From the NCBI RefSeq assembly GCF_009914755.1, contig NC_060928.1: DNA of 64,000 nt; one strand, written 5' to 3'. The notes under the pieces were generated by a model. It had not been told where the DNA came from, searched no databases, and saw nothing but the letters and a program-made list of their open reading frames with translations. Position 1 is the stretch's first letter. Each line of letters begins with the position of its first letter. The DNA is from the human T2T-CHM13v2.0 reference genome, Homo sapiens. Made by a program: the position numbers and the translations under genes. Of the stretch, positions 13,747 to 28,000 are shown piece after piece.

Positions 13747-14139
13747 AATCCACAGAGATTTTAATTAATTAACAAATCAATGAATAACTCCACAAGTGAC
13801 GATTCCTGCTACCTAATGTCAGACCTATGTGAGTCTTTTGACAGTCGAGCATTGCCTTCATTGGAGAAATGACTCTTTCCCAAATCATGTCAATTTGCTA
13901 TCAAGCTACTTCCCCAACAACAGGATGGGCTGCTGACCCAGGTTAGCTATAAATAACAATCAGGGTTATTAGTTGCAAACATATGAACCAATTCTTTCTA
14001 ATTTAGCAAAAATGACAACAAACCTTGAATTTCTTGTGAGGTGGCACAAATTATCTGTGAGAATGTCACAGTCATTCATGCAAGAGAATGCATGGCCAGA
14101 AACAAAGTCTGAAGATACTGATGAAGGTACATGGACATT

Positions 14140-14800
14140 TGTGGTGTCAACCAGTACCCTTGCTGTTTTCTTCATAGCACCTACTTCCTCCCTTTGCTCT
14201 ATTCTGAATGAATCTTACATGGATGAGTCTGAGAGGTGAAATGTAATACTCATGTCTATTCCCTGGATGCTAGAAGAGGGCATTTTAGGCTAACATCATG
14301 GGGACATGGAATTCGTTATATGGGTAATTCCCTAAACATAACTAGGGTACAAGAAATGATAGTCATTCATTATTTTATCCAAAGAGAGAACCCTATTTCT
14401 TAGAGGGACCTAGCATTTGATCCAAGTAGAATCTTATGGGTTAGACAGAGTCAATAAGACTCCTTCTTGGAGGAGAATGTATAGATGTTCAAAGATACTG
14501 GTTAGAAACTGTCACTGAGACTCCTTTTTTAGGGGAAGGGGCATAGATGTTCAAAGATAGCAGATTATTCAAAGATAGTGGATCTTTGGCCCTGCTCCAT
14601 CGTGTGGCAGGAGTACCAAAAGTTGAAACACACAGAGAAAAATGAAGCTAAGAGATATCGTAAAAGGCAGGGATGTGACTGCATCACAAACACCTGCATT
14701 CAGTTGCAGCTGAAGCCACACAATCCTGAACTGTACAATTTCCCTAACTGGTTTTCTTATTATCTTAATTAAACTAATTCACATACATCAAACAGCCTAA
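14140..14800 (+). mobile_element. Possible very old ERVL-class LTR (LTR16/LTR33-like)
   Basis: Begins tgtggtg; the region ...aatgaagctaagagat...cctgcattcagttgcagctgaagcca... resembles old ERVL LTR 3' halves. Confidence 0.35.
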
Positions 14801-15291
14801 TAGAACGTCTATTCTCTAAATTTGTGTGCTTACTGAGTAAAATCCTAGGATAGGAGACTCCAACAGAAATTTCAGGAAAGAAAATCAGAATGTTTTGCTG
14901 TACCTCTTACACATGAAGACTTCAAGCAGAGGGTAAACAAGATAAACAGGACACTTACTCTTTTCCTTCCTTGCACAGATAGTGCATCACTTCCTTTCTA
15001 ACAATTCTTCAGGAGTTTTAAAGTTGATGGGACAGAACTCCTTGTCCGGTACATGTTTTCCAGTGAGTGTGGTTATGGAACAGACACACATACACATCAA
15101 CATATGGATGGTTTTCTCTGTGTGCCTAAGACAAGGTGCCATGCAGGCTCAAAAGCAATGTGCCTGTGTTATCTCTCTCACTCTTTCTTCCTGTCTACAT
15201 GTTGGTGCTCTCGTATCTTCCATTTCTATACAGAGGATGAGGCTGATGCTACCATTTTTGTTTACATGGAGAGAAAGAAGGAGAAAGAAGC

Positions 15292-15350
15292 GCACACACA
15301 CACACACACAAACAGAGAGAGAGAGAGAGAAGAAAAGAAAAGAAAAGAAA
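15292..15350. repeat. (CA)n(GA)n(GAAAA)n microsatellite
   Basis: Directly visible. Confidence 0.93.
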
Positions 15351-15639
15351 GGAGACACTCAGAGGCTTTCAGCCTAAGGCACTTCCTTTAGCCCAATTCA
15401 CCAGTTGACCCAAAACTCTGCATTAGATTTTAGGCAAAAGCTCTCTGATAATTTTAAAGTCTAAATTCCTTGTGGTTTCCTCTCCTCCCTTTGCAGATAT
15501 CTTCCTCGAATATCAACAGAGAAGAACAGCAGCCACGTGGATAAGGCAGAGTTTGGGAAATCCTGGATTCCCTTATCATAAAGCATCTTACAGTAACCTC
15601 AGAAATGCAGAAGTTACTTGTAATGGTGCTGTAGACACT

Positions 15640-15825
15640 GTACGAGAAAGTTTCACCTTTATGATCTAATTTAATTCTCACAAAAACCCTGTTAGGTAGG
15701 GTGTTATTATTTAAATTTAAATCAGAGGAAAATGTAACAGGAATTCTGCAACTTACAGTCAAAGAGATAATAAACAGGAGCATCTGTGGTTTGAAATTTG
15801 GTTTGACTGAATTAAAACCCACATT
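15640..15825 (-). mobile_element. MIR fragment
   Basis: atctaatttaattctcacaaaaaccctgttaggtagg...cagaggaaaatg. Confidence 0.65.
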
Positions 15826-16252
15826 TGAGGCCTTATTCCTTGCACCTGGGGTGTGACTTCATAGTGATGTAAATCAGTTTTAGCAAAAGAAGCAAAAGGT
15901 TGAAAGTCCTTTGTTTAGTCTGGAAGTGGCTAAAGACATATGAAGATCAAAATCGGCAAAAAAATAATCCATATGAGACTCTTGTGTGTAAAAGATTAAA
16001 TGGAGTCTGTGTCATTCCGGGAAAAAGATCTAGGGCCCAATTGATATAAATTGAGGAGAAGCTCATTCCCCACTTTTATTGTTTCCATGATCCTCTTAAT
16101 CCAGGAGAGAAATGTAGAAAAAAACACTACCATCCTATCTCTCCACTTATTTTCTCATTGGTGAGGGAGAGAGGAAGATTCATCAGTCTGATGAGATGAT
16201 GGGTCTCAAAAATAAACCAAGAGTGTGCAGCAGCATTTCCTTCTAGGTCCCC

Positions 16253-16718
16253 TGTTTGAGTCAGATTTCTCCAGAGAAGCAGAAGCAATAGCAGGTGTAT
16301 ATACAGAAAGAGAGTTATTTTAAGAAACTGGATCATGCGACTGCGGAGGCTCAGGAAGTCCAAAATCTAGTAGGGGAGGTCCGTAGGCTAGATACTTCAG
16401 AATGAGTTACAGTTTGAATCCAAACGCAGTCTGGTGGTGAACCAGGAAGACACGATGTTGAGGATGAAGTCTGAAGGTTGTCTGCTGGCAAAGTCTCTTC
16501 TTGCTTAGGGGAGGTCAGTCTTTTCCTTCTAATAAGGCCTTCAACTAATTGAATGAGGCCCACCAAAACTATAGAAGATACTTGGCTTTGCTTTAAGTCC
16601 AGCAATTTCATTTAAATCTCATCCAAGAATACCCCTCTCAGAAACATCCAGAATAATGTTTGACCAAATATCTTGCACTGTGGCCCAGCCAAGTTGATAC
16701 ATACAATTAACCATCACA
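16253..16718 (-). mobile_element. MLT2 (ERVL) solo LTR, antisense
   Basis: ttctccagagaagcagaa...aggccttcaactaattgaatgaggcccacc...gcccagccaagttgatacatacaattaaccatcaca. Confidence 0.88.
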
Positions 16719-19700
16719 CTCCTTTCTCCTCTCTTTTTAAGTCTGGCTCTCAGACATGTAGGAATTTTACTTTTCTAGCACTCTCAAGGACTGGGTAGGG
16801 GAAAGATAAATTCACAAGTAGAAGGCATATTGGAAGACTGTTGACAGCAGAGGTAAGACTGTATTCCCTTCAGCTTTATTAGTCACAAAGATAACATTTT
16901 GACTCCTTTACTGAATTTCCACAAATGGGTCCTCATTTGAGTAGGAGATGATGGCACATTACATAAGGGATCATGGGCTTAGAATCTTAAGAATTAGGGA
17001 CTAAAATTATGCATAGAAAATTTGGATGTGTTGAGGGGGCTTTTGCCTCAGTCAGGATGAGATGCCTTAGGATTTAAGTTTCAGTGAATTCAGATCTCCA
17101 AAGGCTTTTTGAATAGGGTAGATCACAGCTACCCAAATTGCTATTGGTTATGAACATGGAGCTATTTTTAAAAGGTGAGGCCCTAAGTGATTCCCTCCTT
17201 GGCTTTTTGTAAGCACCTCCCAGGGGCCTTAGCATGTAGGCCAGTGTAACTTACCTTGGCTTGAATTACATAGTAAGGCCAAATCAGAGAGTAGGTAACA
17301 GGGAAATGATTTGAACCCAACTAAGATTTCTCAAGAAAGAGATGTTTTAGGCATTAGTAGATGAGATCGTTTGTGCTCTCTTTATAAGTTTTGTCCTCCA
17401 CTCCGCCCAAAGATCCCCAGGAAGCAATTTAACACTGCAAATACATAAGTGCAGCTAGGTTCAGCTTAAGTTGTAGAGCATGGGATCTAGCTTTTGTTTT
17501 CAGAGAGAGTTGGGACACGTGCCTGGAAAATGGTATTAGATTTCAAAAACACAAATTCATGACAACAAAGTAGTGGTTTTAACCAATTAATAAATAAAAA
17601 GGAATAAGCTCATTACTATATAAGAACTATGCCATATTCTTGGATTGAGGTAGAGAGTAACTCAGTGAAACAATGGTGAACTCAAAAAATTAAGAAAAAA
17701 GAACACAAAAAGGTTTATGCTTATAACCCACTTCATCTCTAAGAAATGAGTCTGCTCCAGAAATGAACTGGTTTAAAATTATGCTTCTGTCTTTCTATTA
17801 TAATAGGGGCAGTAGAGAATGACAGACATGCTAAAGAAGGCAATATGTTTGTGTGGAAAGGAAGGTGCTCTTTCATTAAGATAATTGAGTCTGGATCACT
17901 GAGGCCATGCTGGAGAAATAGGATAAAAGAAGGGAGACAGATGCCTGCAGGCCAAATGTTCTTGTTGAAGGTAGTTTAGAAAAGAGGCAGGTACCTGAGT
18001 TGATACTATATCAGAGAGGATGATACCTCTGCTCTCAATCATACATAAAAAGGCAGCTTTATTTCAGTGAGCAGAGTGCAAAGACATCCCCAGAGGAAAA
18101 CCAGATACAGGGCCTAACTCGGGCTTTTAAAAGTGTGTCATAACACAAGTGAAAACTTCTAGAAAAGATCAGAACAGCTGTATACAGTGGTGATGAGCAA
18201 CTCGCACTGATTTGAGAAGGAAACATCAAGAAGAAAAACAATAGCTGCTCAAAGCCATCTAGAGTGTTAGAAAATCACAGTTGTAGTTAGGGACACAGCC
18301 ATTGCCTTGAGTGAGTATAATAGGGTTTGAGAGTCTAAGAAAAGCACAGGAAACAAATGCCACTCCTAAGGGAACCTAGATTGACAGAGATAAATAAAGA
18401 ACAGGCCTGGTTTAGATGTTAATCTGAAAGGAGGGTACTACCAGTGTAGAGCTATGCTCCTTAGGAAGCTGAGAGAAGACAGGATTGTCTGGATGGAATT
18501 GTTCTGGATGCTTTTTCTAAGATCCACAAATCATTGTATCTCTCATTATGACAAAAATCTACAGAAGATGCTATAGGAACAACTACCTGTGCCTCAAAAG
18601 ACAGATGAAAGGAAAAAAAAATGATGCTTAGATCTAGTAAACTGGGCTAGCATAATAGGAAGGAAAGGGACTAGAAGAAGAAATCATTAAGTTTGACTAA
18701 ACTATTGAACCTTCTTTAAAGGAGCAGAGGGAGGCAAGAAAATTAGGTGGAAATAGGACATGAGGGCCCTATCTTATTCTGCTCAAAAAGATACAGCTGA
18801 AATGCTACTCAAAGCCTGAAATACTCCAAAACAGCAGAAAGAAAGGTCTTGAGGAGTTCACAGTGAAGCTATTGATCCTCACAGTGGTCGTGTGGACAGT
18901 GACTGAAGCTATTACACTCACTCAGGCATCCGAGGGCACAAGCATCATGACTAGCCCCAGTGGCTTTAGTTATAGACTCTGCTGAGAGTGATGCTTGCCA
19001 GAAATAAAATATAATGAAAAAGAGTGAATTGTTCCCAGCAGGCAGTTTTTCAAAATCCTGAGAGAGTCTATGACAAAAGGCTGTGGGCAGAATCCACTGT
19101 GAGATGGGGCTAAATGTGGCTGCTCAGGAGATAGAGTCTGGACCATCAAGGAGCCCACATTCAATGAGAAGCCAGGCCACCAGAAGTCCAGACACCAAAG
19201 GGAAATGAACATCGGGAGCTTTAAATGGCAGGGGAAGGCAAGACAATGTGTTGAAGGGGCTGCCAACAACTTTTTCCAAGAAATGGAGAAATGTCTCTGG
19301 CGTCTATGAGCGTATGCATGGGGAATTTTTCACCCCAGATATAGTCAACACTTTTCTCTGTGGGTGGGCGATTTCCCTCAATAGAGCTCAAGTTCACAGG
19401 TTTCACTTTCTGGATATGTATCACAGACTAACTGGTATCCTGGTGAGAGAAAGCAAAGCATCTGTCTTCATGATTCTTTGACTACTGAGTCTCCAATGGT
19501 TTTTTTTGATGAGTGCCAGTGACGTGGCCCTGCGTTGCCCCAAGTACTGGACGTTGATATTAATTTTACATAATTGTACTGCTTTTAGGGTCTAAGATTT
19601 CTTTTTCCTTTTCAGTTTGAATGCAGATAGTTGAGTTAATTATACTCTTTAGTCCATGCAACACTATCTTTTTAGGTACCAGGAAGGGTTTTTTTTTCCC

Positions 19701-19984
19701 CCTATAACTTCTCTCTTTATCTCTTGTCCCCACTCTGATTCCTCTCCTCCCCCTGGCCATCTGTGCAAATGTATTTGGTATTTATCTGCAGTTGTGCATC
19801 TCCTTCTTTTATGTGTGGAGGAGTGAGGACTTCCCTGGCTCCTTTATCTAAAATCTTATCCACCTCCCACCCCCAACATATATTCTGACTCGTTTCCAGC
19901 TTTGTACATTTTTTTTTTTCTTTCTGGCACGATGAAAAAAGGCATGATGGTTCCACATTTAACATGTGTGTATTTTCCTTATGT

Positions 19985-20135
19985 GCATCTTTCACATTTT
20001 TTTGTCTACAAATGTAAGTTCCATGAATAAAACAGTTTCTGTCAGTTTTGTCCAATGTTGTGGCCCTAGTTCCTGGCATAGTACTGGCACATAGTAGGCA
20101 TTTATTAAATACCTGTGAAATGAGTGAATAAATAC
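19985..20135 (+). mobile_element. L2 3' end
   Basis: aatgtaagttccatga...ctggcacatagtaggcatttattaaatacctgtgaaatgagtgaat. Confidence 0.8.
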
Positions 20136-22109
20136 TTTAAATAGTGTTGGGATGAATATTATTATGTTTTTGCTTGTGTTTGGTCAATATAGGATTGTGG
20201 AACTGGCTATGAGGAAGTCTATAATGTTTTATAATATTAACATCTGAATTCTTAAAAGTGAGATGCAGGAGGGAGTTGCTGTTGACTTAATTCAACTTCA
20301 GAAACTGGGAAGCAGCATCACCTATTATGGGAATCCGAGTAAGACTGGAACTGCATGAAGAGTGAATAGAGAATCATATTGTTAATTAAAACTAAAAGAG
20401 AAAGGAAATAAGATCTTTAAGCACTTTTTTCTTCACTGAGGATTTGATGGAGGAAAGATACTTAAAATGCATATTTGGAGGTATTCTGTGTTAGAAATAT
20501 TGTGTTAAATAAGTACCTTTAAGTTTACATATGAAGTTGTTGCTTAAACGCTATAGGATTTTATATTGGGCAGAGTGGATGTGTCCAATAGAACAAGGAA
20601 CACATTTTGGGCCTTGGGTATAATAGACTTTTAAAATTATCTTTAAATATTTTTCTGTGCTATTTAGCTTTGGCAGGGAGGGTAAAAGATAAACTGTCCA
20701 CCAGTGGTTCCAGAAAGAAAAACAAAAAGACTTGCTTGGAATTAGGAGAAAATATTCATGAATGAAGACAAACTACACTAAAAACTGTAGTTCTAGCCCG
20801 TGAGGATGAGAGCCACATGTCTGGTTAGCCATAAAGTTTATGGATATGATCAACAGTTTAAGGAACAAAATCTGGGAAGTTACGAAGTTACAGAGAACCC
20901 CTTACCTTTCCTTCCTGCTGTTTAAAGGGAGCCTAAAAATAGTCCACTCTACATGAGGTACATACAATATGCTGAGACTCTCCCACACTTTCTCTTTTTA
21001 AGCCTTCTCTCGTGACAGTGTGTGGCTGGAGAGAGGGATAGAATGGGATAGAAAATTTAAGCTCATTCTCCTTCTTTGATCTCTTTGCCTGTAATATATA
21101 TTTCTCACAACACAGGGTAAATATCCCTGAAAATATGCAGCTTTATGGCCAGGATTCAATTTAGGATGAGAAATCATATTAGGGAAATAAGGTGTGGTCA
21201 TGGGTCAAGCAGCATTTCCCAGTAATATCTATAATACTTACCAATAATAAAACATAGTTTTATATCTATTCTTTCTTCTAGTTCTTAGTAGGTTCTATAC
21301 TTGAGAAAGAAAGAATGGTATTGATGGATTTCCTAAAACCCAAGAATATACCAAAATCGATTTTGATGTAACACAAAGACATTCTGTCTCAAATGGAGAG
21401 ATGTTTGTAAATTACGATGCGACTGCTTCATAAGGTATCAAGATTCCTCATCTGAAGAGGCTAAGCCACCACCTATCCAGATATTATTGAGTCCTCTCCC
21501 TAGGAAAAGATGGGATTTATCTTAAGATTAATAATTGTTTCTACATTGGATAAGAACTTTAGAGTTTACAAAAGACATTAAGATGTATCATTTCCCCTTA
21601 ATAGGAAATTATTTATATTTATTTTTGTATTTACTTACCCAATTAATTTGAGATGATGGAATGTTCTAATGAATCATTTTCAAAGTAGACCATTGAGAGT
21701 TTACTTGATTTTATAAGGCAATGAAATTTTTTAAAAAAGGTTTTAAGCTACAAATTAATAATAGATACTAGTATTACTGTCAACAGTAGTAATAGTACAA
21801 GGTTAAATATGCTATCATCACTCAAAACTTTGGTATATCCTCAAAGGGCCTATAGCACACTTTGAAATATTTCTTATAATGAAAAATTATTTACTTTGAT
21901 GTAACAAATCTATTTTTATTTTAACTTCATGTCTTTAGCAAAAGTAATCTCCAGCTTAGTGTTGTGAATAAGATGGGGTGATTGAAGAAAGTAGTGGAAT
22001 TTCTAGTACATCTAGAGGTTTTTTTTTTAATTTGCTTGATTCTGTTATTTTTAGGGGCCAGTATATGACTTTGGTCAGATGCACTGTAAAATAAAATTAA
22101 ACCAGAAAA

Positions 22110-22330
22110 ATAGTATTGTGGTGCATGATAGTAATAAAGAACAAGACCTACTTTGAATTCTGGGCTCACAACTTATTATTTCTGGACTATTGCAAGCTGC
22201 TTAAGCTATCTCTAAGCTTTGGAATCTTTATTGATAAAAATGAGTTAAATAATACCTACTATCTCTAGATTCTGTATTAAGAATTACATGAAAAATACCC
22301 AGAACAAAGTAAGTGCTGAATAAATGGTAC
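22110..22330 (+). mobile_element. MIR
   Basis: tttgaattctgggctcac..cttatt...aaaatgagttaaataatacctac...aagtaagtgctgaataaatggt. Confidence 0.7.
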
Positions 22331-23126
22331 AAATTATACACACATAACCAGGCACTCTTTCTGCCTGCTGAGGGATCTCTTAGCAACAGAAATCTTATTT
22401 TGATGAATATATTCTAATCTCTTGATTACAGCATCAAAATCATTACAACAGAATCATACTTGAAGTGCAGAATAAATAACGTGCAGTCAGACAGTTGATT
22501 TAGAGTACTGCTGTGTCCTTAAAACTAAGGAGAGAACTCTCTTGGAAATAGGTATCTAAATTTTTCTAAAGATGCTCAGATCTACCATAATAATATAGGA
22601 TCAACTTTCCCTGGAACTATATTTGTGCTTTTACTGGTTCTCTAGTAATCGCAAAGCCATTTGCTTTGTGATTCTACTCTCACTTTGCCTCCCAGCTTCA
22701 ATTTATTACTGGGCAGACTTCAGATTTGAAGCTAATAACTACTGGCATTTTATGTAGGCCATTCTACAGGAGGATTCTGGTTATCCCTTTTGCTTCTCTG
22801 CTGTTCCTTCAGTACTGACAGCTCTGAGACCTTTCCCTGTGTAGTACAAGTTTCTACACATGTCTCTTTAGAGAGATGTCAAGAGGAACATGGCACTTGC
22901 GCTGTGATCTTATCACCACACAGTCTTCAGTAGCTTCTCGTGTCTGCCTCTGTGATTTGCCATTTAGAACTGGTGCCAAAAGGTGGTCACACTTCTAAAA
23001 AGAAAGTACCTAAAAAGGGTTGGGACATAAATCTTCCGAAGAATGGTTGGAGCAATGTGGGTATTTGTAATACTAAAGTAGGAGTCCCCCAGTAGGAGGC
23101 AGACATTTTGCATCAGAAAACCCATA

Positions 23127-24134
23127 ACTTGCACAATGGCTGAACAAATTTACACTCCCATCAACAGTGTATAAGCATTCCTTTTTCTCCGCAACCTTGC
23201 CAGCATCTGTTATTTTTTGACTTTGTAAAAACAGCCATTCTGACTGGTGTTAGATGGTAATCTTATTGTGGTTTTGACTTGCATATCTCTAATAGTCAAT
23301 GCTGTTGAGCTTTTTTATCACTGGATTGTTGGCCACATATATGTGTTCTTTTGAAAAGTGTTTGTTCATGTTCTTGCCCACTTTTTAATGTGGTTGTTTT
23401 TTCTTCTAAATTTATTTAAGTTCCTTATAGATGCTGGATATTAGACCTTTGTCAGATGCATAGTTTGCAAAAATTTTCTCCAATTCTGTAAATTGTCTGT
23501 TTACTCTCTTGATAGTTTCACTTGCTGTGCAGAAGCTCTCTAGTTTAATTAGATCTCATTTGTGTTGCAATTCCTCAAAGACCTGAAGACAGGACTACCA
23601 TTCAACCCAGCAATCCCATTACTGGGCTTATACACAAAGGAATATAAATCATTCCATTATAAAGACACATGCATACGTATGTTCATTGTGGCATATTCAC
23701 AATAGCAAAGACACGAACTTAATGCCCAACATTCATACACTGGATAAAGAAGATGTGGTACATATACACCATGGAATACTATGCAGCCATAAAAAAGAAC
23801 AAGATCATGTCTTTTGCAGGGACATGAATGGAGCCAGAGGCCATTATCCTTAGCAAACTAACACAGAAACTGAAGACCAAATGTCATATGTTCTCATTTA
23901 TAAGTGAGAGCTAAGTGATAGAAACACATGGACACATAGAGGATAACAACACACATTGGAGCCTTTCGGAGGGTAGATGGGGAAGGAGGGAGAAGAGTAG
24001 GAAAAACAACTGGGTGATTAAATAATCCATAAAACAAATCCTAATGACACAAGTTCACCTATGGAACAAACCTGTACTTACTGGTATCCATGAACTCAAA
24101 ACGAAAGTTTTTTTTTTTTTTTTTAAAAAAAGGA
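23127..24134. mobile_element. 5'-inverted (twin-primed) L1PA13-16-like insertion with TSD AGAAAACCCATA
   Basis: Antisense ORF2 segment 23127-~23562 joined to a sense ORF2 end and 3'UTR ~23562-24134; 12-bp TSD at 23115-23126 and 24135-24146. Confidence 0.9.
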
Positions 24135-24734
24135 AGAAAACCCATAGCTAATGATGGACTATTCCACTGAATAGCAAGATCCCAGTAACCACCACCACAA
24201 GATGCAAATAATTACATTTTATGCAGTAATAAATTAAAAAAACTACTATGTAAGCATTAAATACTTCTTGAAAACTTCCTTTCCAAGAGGAGCTGCCTAT
24301 GTTATCAAGTTCTGATAGAAACTTGATCATAAAGGAGAATCATTGATAAGGCAAATAGTAAGTTCCTTATTGACCTTTTTGTTTAGTGGAAATATTTTCA
24401 TGATGAATCATTATGAAATCAACTTTTCATTGCTTTAAAAAATAATAGTAATCCTGCTTTTCCTAGGCAAAATATTTTGCTTTGGGCATTTAAGTAGTTT
24501 GTTAGAAATGGCTTATTAGCAGATTCCAGAACAATTCCTCATTTTTTAGTTTTCTACAATAAGCTGTGATTTCTTTGGGAGCAGCGAACATCTTTCTACT
24601 GAAGTTAATGCCAAAAGGAATCAACTTGATATCATTTTGGTTTGTTAGCTGATAGGTTGGACAGTGAATACATGAATCAGTGGGAGGAAAGAGAGCATGA
24701 TATGAGGGCCAAAAGAATTATTTGAGTCTTAGAC

Positions 24735-24925
24735 AAATCGTAGTTGGCATTGAGGCTGCTCTGTTTCTCAGCTGCTTGGAATTTCAATGTTCTCATCTGT
24801 AAAATGTATATAATTAAGGAACTAACACCTAGCACAAAAATGGTTGTGAATATAAAATGAGATAATGTATGTAAAACACTTACTATAGTACCAGAACATA
24901 GCAATTTTTCGATGATTGTGATCTA
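24735..24925 (+). mobile_element. MIR
   Basis: ttctcatctgtaaaatg...ggttgtgaatataaaatgagataatgtatgtaaaacactta. Confidence 0.8.
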
Positions 24926-27480
24926 TTATCTATCTTTCTGTTACCTATCTACCAGTGATGATGATTATTATCATCATCCTTCTCTTTCAGATTGTCTTTC
25001 AGAATTAAAAGTAACATAGTAAAAAATAATAATGCTGGATTTTAGCTCTAGCACTATTTTGCTATATGATGACAGTCAAGTCATTTAATTGTTCTGGGTA
25101 TATGGGTCCTCATGTGTAAAAATAGGACCAATGATAACAGCTCACACTTGGCATGATCTTCGTAAACCACTACACTCGCTCTTCAGCATAACTAGTAACT
25201 GAATGCGGATGAGCTCTACTTGATCATCTCCAGCTCTGATTTCCTCTTTGAGCTGTAGACTTTTCTAAATTTAACTCTTGTTATTGTAGCCATTTAAATG
25301 ACTCTCCAAAAACTCAAATTTAACATGTTTAAAATGGCATATAGTTTCCCTAAATCATGCCCTATCTCCACATTTTTTTCTTTTTGTCATTGCCTACTTA
25401 GTTAGTAGCTTTTCCATTTACCCAGGAAATTAAGACAAAAATCCTCAAGACGGCCTATATTTCTCCCTCTCTCTCTTCCCAACACCCTTTGAGTCACAAA
25501 ATTATTACTTATAGAATGTCTATATGTCTGTTATTAATGTCCAATTCTCTCACTTAGAATTTAACTGTTTATGGGTTATTTAAGCAGCTTAATATCTTTT
25601 TTTTTTTTTAAATCTAGTGTTGGCATATAAGTGCTAGAATAATTAACTACCACCACCACCTTCTCACTGGATCAAGAAATCATGTAATCTAGCCCCGTTG
25701 TTTGGTGATGAGACTTTATTTCCAGGAAGGCTGAGCTTGTGTCTGTCCTGTTCAACATTGCATCTACAGTGCCAAGCTCAGTCCCCAGAAATGTATACTG
25801 TATTTTGATTAGGCAAAGAGGGACAACTGAAGTATAAGGCAGACAGATCAAGACCTGGGGTATCCCATGGGTATAAAAATTGTCTATCAGAAGAGAAAAG
25901 ACTAGGCCTGAAGAGATCTCATAATCTGAAGATGTTTGCTGTAGAATGTTTCCCTGTGACATTAAGGACATATACCTTAGTAAAGAATAAGTCAGCAGTA
26001 AAGTATGGATACATCAAACCATGAGTGTGTTTTGGAAAAGAGCTGTTTCTTTTCCTTCTTTGTCCCTTGTAAGAAGCAAAATGTTGGATACAGGATAAAT
26101 ATTCAGCAAATTTGTTGAACTGAACAGAAATTATGAGTTACTTTTTGAGCAGAAATGACATTGTAACTATAATTTATCTGAAACGCCATGATTAAATTTC
26201 TTTGGGCATTGAACATTTCACACTGGTAATTTATTTGTCATGCAAATCAGCAAATGCATATTGTTTCAACAGTACAATTTAAAAACTCAGATCACCAAGG
26301 TAACTTGAAAAAATATGATAATCAGTAGAGGCCTGAAACATAATTTCTTTTAGCACCTTCAGAAAAGTCAAGGATTAGAATATGTCATACAGGTGTGAAG
26401 ATTTTACATGAACACACACAGAATATTAGTCATTTTGTGTATTTAGGCAAGGTAAAGGAAAATATAATATAAAAACCTAGTTTTAGAGTTGACATTCTCC
26501 TTTGGGATTAAAATATTCCTCATATAATGAGCTAACTCATTGTACATTTCTAATCTATGTCTCTGGATATGCACAAAGTTAAATTAAAAAGCATGAATTT
26601 AATTTTTTTCTTTAAATTTATCATTTTTGTGAGAAGCTACAAGAGACAAAGTAGCTCACACAAAATGACATCCCTGCAGAGGCTGAGATGTGGTACTATG
26701 CAGTGCTCATGAGGATGCTGAGGTTTTGTTTCTGCAATTTCTTTTTGCTATCAAAGAACTGGAGGATTGGAAACCAGGTACCAAGACTAGAAGCCTACAA
26801 ACAAAAGGAGAACAGATACATAATTTCAAAACTCTTGCCTGGAACTGAATGAACTAACCAAATAAGCAAATTCCTTCTTTGTCACTGAAATTATGATACT
26901 GTGTACCCATTGTTTTCAGTCTGGAAATTTATTCTGAAGTCACCAGACAAGAAATCTAAAGGAAGTAGAGCTTTTCAAACACAGTTTCTTATTTCTACAG
27001 AAGACACTGAATTCAATAAAAACCGCAATAGGATTAGATACTCCTATGAGTCCCAGAATCACTGGGAACAATATAAAACATAGAATACATGTTCCTATAA
27101 AAAGACTAAGATGAACAAAAATTCAAGAGTAGGCCTATGTCCTCTAGTGCTGCCATTTCCTTGAGGCCAACAATAATGATAAATAATGACAGACTGTACT
27201 GATCAGGGTCCAATTCCCCACTAGACTTGACCATTGTGCAGTCTGTCTCATGTCTTGCCAGAACTTGGAAAGTATTAAGTAATAAAAGATAATAAAAGAG
27301 CCACCCTGCAGGCCATATAAGACATAAAAAAAAAAGATTCATGATAATCCAGATAAATAGCAAGAGACCTCAAAGAAAAACACTCAATATTTTCCTAACG
27401 GTTCAAAATAAACCTGACTTTATTAAAGTGTACATGGAAAATACAGTATAAAGTAAACCACATTAAAATAATCTAAAAAG

Positions 27481-27810
<330 letters not shown>

Positions 27811-27837
27811 CTAAAAGGGGATACATAAGAAACAAAT

Positions 27838-28000
27838 TCATTAATTGAATTGCTGATCAGCAAATATTTATTGAATACCTACTGTGAACCTGGGATGACC
27901 CCGGGCACGAGTGATACAATGATGAATTGCACAGATATATGTCTATCTCCTAATGGAGCTCATGATCTAATGAAGAGAGACCAGTCAATGAATCCAATAT
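27838..28000 (-). mobile_element. L2 3' end, antisense
   Basis: cagcaaatatttattgaatacctactgtg...taatggagctcatgatctaatg. Confidence 0.75.

Noticed and set aside
19100-19481. Similarity of the unassigned segment to L1 ORF1/HAL1 or specific coiled-coil genes
   Set aside because: Only a few scattered residues match by eye, which is not enough to name a family.
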